From Octopus sinensis (lineage: Eukaryota), in NCBI RefSeq assembly GCF_006345805.1, contig NW_021835332.1:1-40921 (forward strand): a stretch of DNA of 40,921 nt. The letters run 5' to 3'. The notes beneath the pieces are model-generated. The model had not been told where the DNA came from, ran no database searches, and was given only the letters and a program-made list of their open reading frames with translations. Shown piece by piece: positions 34,403 through 40,921 of the stretch. Numbering within the stretch: position 1 is the first letter of the stretch; each line of letters starts with the position of its first letter. The position numbers and the translations under genes were made by a program.

Positions 34403-37400
34403 CATCATCATCATCATCGTTTAACATCCGTTTTCCATGCTGGCATGGGTTGGATGGTTTGACTGGGGATTGGCAAGTCAGGAGGCTGCACCAGGCACCA
34501 GTCTGATCTGGCAGTGTTTCTACAGCTGGATGCCCTTCCTAACACAACCACTCTAAGAGCGTAGTGGGTGCTTTTTACATGCCACCAGCATGGGAACCAA
34601 TCAGGTGGCATTGGCATCGGCCATGTTCGGATGGTGCTTTTACATGCTACCGGCACAGGATCCAGTTGGGGTGGGAGACTAGCATCAATCATGTTTGGAT
34701 GGTGCTTTTTACATGCTACCAGCACAGGAGCCAGTTGGGGCAGGGAGGCTAGCATCAATCATGTTTGAATGGTGCTTTTTACATGCCACCAGCACAGGGA
34801 GCCAGTAAGGTAGCAATGGCAATAACCCATGCATGGATGGTGCTTATTGCGTGCCACCAGCATGGGAGCCAGCCAGATGGCACTGGCAGCTGCCACAACT
34901 ACAATTTCCATTTGATTGTGATTTGATTTTACTTGACTCAATAGGTCTCTTCATGCACGGAATATCGCCCAACGATTCAAAGATACTTTTTAAATGGGCT
35001 GGTTATGCGACACTGGTGTGTAGGCTATGGCTGTGGTGTCACTTTACTTGCTTGGTCTTCTCAATCACAGTATCTCCAGAGGTCTCGGTCTTTCATCATT
35101 GCCCAACATTCGAAGGTCATGCTTCACTACCTCGTCCCATGTCTTCCTGGATCTCCCTCCTCCATGGGTTCCTTTCACTCTTAGGAGGTGACACTTCTTC
35201 ACTGAGCTCTCCTCATCCATATGCAGCACATAACCATACCATCACAGTGGTCTCACTTACACATCACATCTGATGCTTCTTATGTCCCACATTTCTCTAA
35301 GGGTGCTTACACTCTGTCGTGTGCACACACTGACATTATATATCCAGCGGATCATACCAGCTTCATTTCTTTCAAGCCTGCGCATGTCTTCAGCAGTCAC
35401 AGCCCATGTTTCACTGCCATGTAGCATGGCAGTATGCACACATGCATCGTACAATCTATCTTTCACTCTCAGCAAGTGGCCTTTGTCACCAGTACAGCTT
35501 TCTGAACTTTGTCCAGGCTATTCTTATTCTAGTAGCAACACTGTCCGAGCATCCACCCTCTACAGACTTGGTCACCTAGGTAGAGGAAGCTATCAACTAC
35601 TTCTAGTTTCTTCCCTTGGCATGTGATGGAATCAGTTTTCTGAGCATCTGCGGTGTTTATTACCCCTGTGCATCCGCTGCACACAAAAGCTGTCTTCCCA
35701 GTTAACCTTCCTTTGATGTTGCTTCTCCTTTATGCATCCATAGCTTACACTGGGTACATCTTATGGAGTTTCTACCTACAACTTTTCTACAGATTGTGCA
35801 GGGCCATCTACCTGAAGGGGTTAATGATGTGTTCACCTTTCTACTTACTGGGACTTTAGTTTTGCAACATTGAATCTAAGGCCCTTCAATTCTAAATCTT
35901 GCTTCCACCTGAAATTTCTTCTCTAGATCTTGTAGTGATTCTGCTATGAGATCAAGATCATCAGCATAGAGGAGCTTCCAGAGGCAACTTGTCTTGAATT
36001 CCTGTGTTATTACCTGGAGGACTATGATGAATAAGAGAGTCCTTAGGGCTGATCCTTGGTGAACCTCTACTTCTACCTGGAATTCTTCACTATGATCATT
36101 GGCGACCCTTACCTACAAACGGCATCCCTGTAAAGGTCTTCTACAGCTCTTATTAACCACTTGTCAATCCCTAGTTTCCACATTACCCACCTGTCAATGG
36201 CTTTCTCTAAGTTAACAAAAGCCAAGTATAGGGGTTTATCTTTGCTAGGTATTTCTCCTGCAGTTGCCACACCAGGAATATAGCATCAGTGGTGCTTCTA
36301 CCTGGCATAAAACCAAACTGCAAACTCTCTCCTTAATTAGTTGGGCTATCACCCTCTCATGACCTTCATCACCTGATCCAGCAGTTTGATACCCCTGTAG
36401 TTATTTCTATCTAAAGTATCACTATTACGTTTGTAGCAGTTGACTATGGGGCTGCTACACCAGTCATTGGGTACGACTCCTTTGTAAACTACCAGGTTTA
36501 CAATACAGGTGACTGGGCCAAATACACAACACCAGATATTTTAAGCATCTCAGCAATGATTCCTGATGGGCTGGGTGCTTTTCTTAACTTCATATCCTTA
36601 ATTTCTTTATCTACCTGGGCACTGTCGTTTCAAGTAGCTGGTCTCTCAATTTGGTCAACCTTTAGCAGACTCTCCTTCTTCCATTCCTTCTCCACATTTA
36701 GCAGTCTTTTGTAATGGCTTCTCCAAGCCTCTTTCTTTGCAGAATCTTTAAAAGTAAGTGCACCGTCATCCATGCTGACACATTTCTCCCCTGTGACATC
36801 ATAATTTTTTCTCACACACTGTCTTGCAATCCAAAATACTTCAGTTCTTTGGTCCTCACATCGCTGAACATCGGAAAACCTCTTCTTTTCTGCCTCTCCC
36901 TTAGCTTTGTATACCTGTCTCCCAGCCTCCCTTCTGGCTATCTGGTACAGTTCCTTGCTACCCCCACTCTTCCAGGCTTTCCAGGCCTGTTTGTTTGCTC
37001 TAATGGCCTTGTCTACTGTATTATTCCACCACCACGTTACTCTAGGTCTGGAAGGGACTTTACACTAGCCACAGATTTGATCTGTGGTGCTCAGTAAGCT
37101 GTCCTATGGGAATTCCCAGTTACCCTCTATGTCCAAAGTCTAGCTCTTCTTCCCTTTCATCAAATTAGAGGATGTCCCTAAATCTCTGAATATGTGAAGG
37201 ATTCTTTAGCTTCCAAAGCCTTCTTTTCTGGATTGGTCTGCTTCCTGGCATCCTTCTATAATGTGACTCATGACTAGTCTATGCTGGGGGGGGGGGTGCA
37301 TTCTTCACCAGGAAGGGTCTTTGTATTTAAGAGCAATCTTGCATCCCACTGCCTGGTGAGGATAAAATCGATTTGGCTAGCAAAGTCACCTGATTGATAG

Positions 37401-37750
37401 GTTATCAGGTGGCTGTCTGGCTTCCTGAAGTTAGTGTTGCAGATTAATAGGTTGCATGCATCACAGAACTCTAGTAGCCTAGTTCCCTCTTCATTTCGGG
37501 AACCAATTCTATGACCCCTGTGGATACCATGGAAGACCCACATTACCATCTGACTTGCCCATTAAAATTTCCAGCCACAAAGATGAAGTCATTGCCACTC
37601 GTCTTTAAGGTAGCCTATAGAAGGGTATCATAAAAGTGGTCCTTCTGATTGTTTGGTAGGCCCACTGGTGGGGCATAGGCAGAGAGATAATTGTGGCTTT
37701 ACTATTCTGCAGAACTAGTTTGAGCTTAAGCACTCTATTGCAGGTATGAT
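34403..37750 (-). mobile_element. RTE-clade LINE copy C: longest copy, APE endonuclease through RT to tail, degenerate
   Basis: ORF 37274-37549 GSRNEEGTRLLEFC..NTNFRK..ITYQSG..SQIDFIL is the endonuclease. RT pieces at 35900-36600, AMLHGSETW at 35257-35475, 5 UTR units at 34570-34870. Confidence 0.95.
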
Positions 37751-37774
37751 AGAGGGGATAGGTTTTCCTGTGAG

Positions 37775-37925
37775 AGAAGAGTGATATCTGACGATGGTGG
37801 TAGGAGAAGTGAGAGATCCGGTAATGGTGGTAGAAGAGAGATCCCGTAATGGTAGTGGGAGAAGAGAGAGATATCCGGTATTGGTGGTAAGAGAAGAGAG
37901 AGATATCAAGTATTGGTGGTGGGGC
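37775..37925. repeat. ~30 bp minisatellite, about 5 units
   Basis: Unit approximately gagaagagagagatatccggtattggtggta. Confidence 0.85.
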
Positions 37926-37959
37926 TGGGAATGGGTGGGCGCACCACAAAAAGCAAAGG

Positions 37960-38875
37960 GAATTTAGGAGATTTCATTTAGAAAATTACATGAAGAATTA
38001 AGGTGAAATAAACAAATTACATGAAGAATTAAGGTGGAACAAACAAGCAAGGGTTGATTCAGAGAGTTGGTATGAAAAATATGTAGTCAACTTTAAATTT
38101 CATCAAGAAAATTACATGAAGAATTAAGGTGAAATGAAGGCTGAGGGAGAGAGATTAGGAAGTAATATATTGAACGGTCAATTGAAATAATTCTTTTCTA
38201 CTCTAGGCACAAGGCCCAAAATTTTGGTGGGAGGAGTTCAGTCAATTAAATTGACCCCAGTGCATAACTGGTACTTAATTTATCGACTTCAAAAGGATGA
38301 AAGGCAAAATTGATCTCGGTGGAAATTGAACTCAGAACGTAAAGACAGATGAACTTCTGTGCTAAAGCATTTCATCCAGCGTGCTGACATTCTGCCAGCT
38401 CGCTTCTTTTCATTTTAAATAATTAGCTTATGAAAGCAGGTATTAGTAAATACACATTAAAGTATTAATAGTGATGATGGATGAATGCGTGAAAAGGTCG
38501 AAAAATGAGAGAATATCTTAGTTTAGCAATGCATAACTGGGCATCTAAGAACGTTTGCTTGGCATTGGTGAAGAGTTGTGTGAAAAGAGGGAAGAAAGCT
38601 TGTGAGTAAGTGTTTTATAGACATGCTATGGCTGGGGAAGTGGACATTATGGAGGGTGCTGAAGACAATAGCAATGATAGTAACAGAGTAGCATAAGAAG
38701 CCATAGTGAGTGGGAAGGAATAAGAGAATAGTACGAAAAGTACTTAGCCACCATGAACAAGCAAGGGTTAATTTAGGAGATTCCATTTAGAAAATTAGAT
38801 GATGAATTAAGGTGAAACGAAGGCAGAGAGAGAGAGAGAGGAGAGAGATTAGGAAGTTATATATTGAAGGGTCAA
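37960..38875. repeat. Local duplication patchwork
   Basis: aattacatgaagaattaaggtg occurs 3 times in 37984-38135. The 37960-38182 block recurs in shorter form at 38760-38875. Confidence 0.85.
38188..38403 (-). mobile_element. tRNA-derived CORE-like SINE, full length
   Basis: Reverse complement begins gcgagctggcagaatgtcagcacg (A box), then gttctgagttcaatttccacc (B box), then tttgcctttcatcc..gtcgataaattaagtacc. Confidence 0.88.
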
Positions 38876-38879
38876 ACTA

Positions 38880-39830
38880 CAAAGTTTATAGATTTTTACA
38901 GTTCCAGTGATAATTTGATCTGTAGTTTTCGAATTTGCTTTCTCCTCTCTGATTTTGAGAAGCCTAATTTCTCAAGATTGGTATTTAGGTGGTTGTGTTA
39001 TATATCTCAGGGCCCCAAGAATTACAGGTATAAACCTGAACTTGTAATCTGGATAGAGTAACTGCAGATTTCTCAATAGTTCGTGCAGGTGTTCTCATTT
39101 TCACTGAATGTCAGCTTTATGTTAACATCTGCGGCAGCTAATTTCCACAGCTGTGCACAGTTTCTCTTCTCTATCTCAAATCAGGTCTGCTGTGTTTACA
39201 TTTTATTGAGGTCTTCACTGGTACATTCCATCAGTATCCTTTTTATTATGAGTGGCTATGGCTTCTACCATACTGTAGGTTCTTATTTCTTTGGCCTTGG
39301 GGTTATTCTTCCAATGGATTTCATTATAGAGTGTCCTAGCTACAACATCATGTCTCATTGGTAGATAATGCCATGATGACATTTTCAGACAACTACTTAT
39401 GATGTGGCTGATATCATTCTGTGTTAACTACACAAAGTATGCATTGGTTGTCACATTTTACTGCTTTTCTTGCATCTCTATCCCTTTGTGCATCAGTACT
39501 TGGTTAATATTTCCCGTTCCTGGATTGCAAACACATATCCTTAAAGAGGGAGGTAGTAATCGGCTATTGGTCCATGATAAACTGCTTTGATGATCAATGT
39601 TACTATCATTTTGGAGCTTTCTACTAACACTCATGCATAGTCTTCTGCTCATACAGGCTCATCCTTTCATCCGATGATACGTTACAGTAGAGTCGTGCGA
39701 CTTCTTTGGGATGTATTCTAGGTTATGAGACAATGAATGTTGCAGAAGGAGCTGATTTCAAGTCTTATGACGTTATCAGTCTCATGTATGCAAACTTGGT
39801 GAGGGGATGCACTTCAACACTTGGTGTATG
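38880..39830 (-). mobile_element. R4/Dong-clade remnant 3: C-terminal CCHC finger plus restriction-like endonuclease
   Basis: Minus strand gives GYVFAIQE, CILCVVNTE/DISHIISSC, WNVPVKTSIKCKHSRPDL..AVEIS and ITGTVKI. Confidence 0.8.
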
Positions 39831-39984
39831 CATGTGTTCTTGGATATAATCATCATATCATCATCATCATTTAACATCCAGTTTTTATGCCAACATGGTT
39901 TGAATAGTTTGACAGGATTGGACAAGCATGGGACTATGGTTTCTATGGCTGGATACTTTCCTTAAACACCAGTAACTTTATAAA

Positions 39985-40204
39985 GTGTGTATGTATATGT
40001 ATGCCTATGTATGTATATATATATATGTATATATATATATATAGTTTATATGTATATATATATATATATTATATATATATATATATACATACACACAAAC
40101 ATACACACACACACCACACAAATATATATATATATACACACACACGGCACACATATATATATATATATATATACACCCCACACACACATATATATATATA
40201 TGTA
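39985..40204. repeat. Compound (TA)n/(CA)n microsatellite
   Basis: Direct inspection. It generates the spurious I/Y/H/T-rich ORFs. Confidence 0.95.
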
Positions 40205-40397
40205 TCATCATAATCATCATCGTTTAACGTCCGTTCTCCATGCTAGCATGGGTTGGACGGTTCGACCGGGATCTGGGAAGCCAGAAGGCTGCACCAGGCT
40301 CCAGTCTTATCTGGCAATGTTTCTACAGCTGGATGCCCTTCCTAACCGCCAACCACTCCGTGAGTGTAGTGGGTGCTTTTTACGTGCCACCTGCACT
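40205..40397 (-). mobile_element. Young short RTE tail copy (1 unit) with TA-rich microsatellite on both sides
   Basis: CpG-intact cgtttaacgtccg tail. (TA)n resumes at ~40398-40423. Confidence 0.92.
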
Positions 40398-40634
40398 GTA
40401 TATATATATATATATATATATATAAAACTATCAATAAATACTATTCCACAGCCAAACCAACAAGAACTGGAGACTGGTTATTTGAGGTATGGACAAATTC
40501 CTTTGGAAACAATTCAAACTTTTGTAAGAGTCCAGAATTCAAGCTGTATTACTGGCAAAGGCGGTCCTACCCCATTTAATAAATTTGTTTGAAAATTTAA
40601 GGTATTTCCATTATTTTGTCAACACACTATGCAT

Positions 40635-40860
40635 AATCATCAGCATCATCATGATCGTTTAATGTCCGTTTTTCCATGCTGGCATGGGTTGGAGGTTCGA
40701 CTGGGGTCTGGAAAGCCAGGGGACTGCACCAGACTCCAGTCTGATCTGGCAATGTTTCTACAGCTGGATGCCCTTCCTAATGCCAGCTGCTTCAAGAGTG
40801 TAGTGGGTGTTTTTTACGTGCTATCAGCACAGGGGCCAGAGGGGGCTGGCATCAAACATG
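40635..40860 (-). mobile_element. RTE tail copy
   Basis: cgtttaatgtccg...ctggatgcccttcctaatgcc. Confidence 0.9.
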
Positions 40861-40883
40861 TGTGTGGTGTGTGTGTGTGGTGT

Positions 40884-40921
<38 letters not shown>

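Noticed and set aside
39987-40592. 201-aa ORF and overlapping I/Y/H/T-rich ORFs
   Set aside because: Translation of TA/CA microsatellite plus an RTE tail.
29701-40921. Next cadherin exon (expected to start near DG)
   Set aside because: A by-eye scan found no acceptor with a cadherin-like frame. The exon is probably beyond the window, though a microexon could have been missed.

Overview
This is AT-rich animal genomic DNA, not prokaryotic. The repeat families resemble ones I recall from Octopus/cephalopod genomes; that is an inference, not a database result. About 98% of the window is intron. The only host gene I can support is a + strand cadherin-repeat gene split into at least 7 small exons (547-603, 5955-6130, 8549-8569, 13083-13178, 16974-17060, 18565-18576, 29581-29700), two of them microexons (21 nt and 12 nt). 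The ORF track does not resolve this gene. The exons splice through canonical AG/GT sites into 189 uninterrupted codons, about 1.9 extracellular cadherin (EC) domains: ATTSGLPPKIEVKENQKNG/TVVATVEVTGNNFPKLTLVGDDILKYIKVVDNPSCINTASCNKFDLVTVKVIDREKVP/NGFVEFT/DGSGKNCILIILDENDNVPVFGSQRYKATIPE/NITVNTKIPNLQITATDFDENPSLKYSLI/PAGQ/NSKGIEDYMKIEDKYNGSITVVKALDYETRNFFEYTVQVF. The signal-peptide exon and the downstream exons appear to lie outside the window. The introns are filled with dead elements: about 19 RTE-clade LINE pieces sharing a 3' UTR minisatellite and a (GAT)n tail, three R4/Dong-clade remnants, CR1 and L1/Tx1 fragments, tRNA-like SINEs, four mariner/maT remnants, a mariner MITE, a hairpin element and many microsatellites. 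Most ORF-track entries are TE fragments or noise. I found no CRISPR array, rRNA or tRNA gene. TE boundaries were read by eye and are approximate; exon boundaries were checked base by base. The best leads are the microexon-built cadherin, the inverted repeats around its exons and the variable-number tandem repeat (VNTR) in the RTE 3' end.
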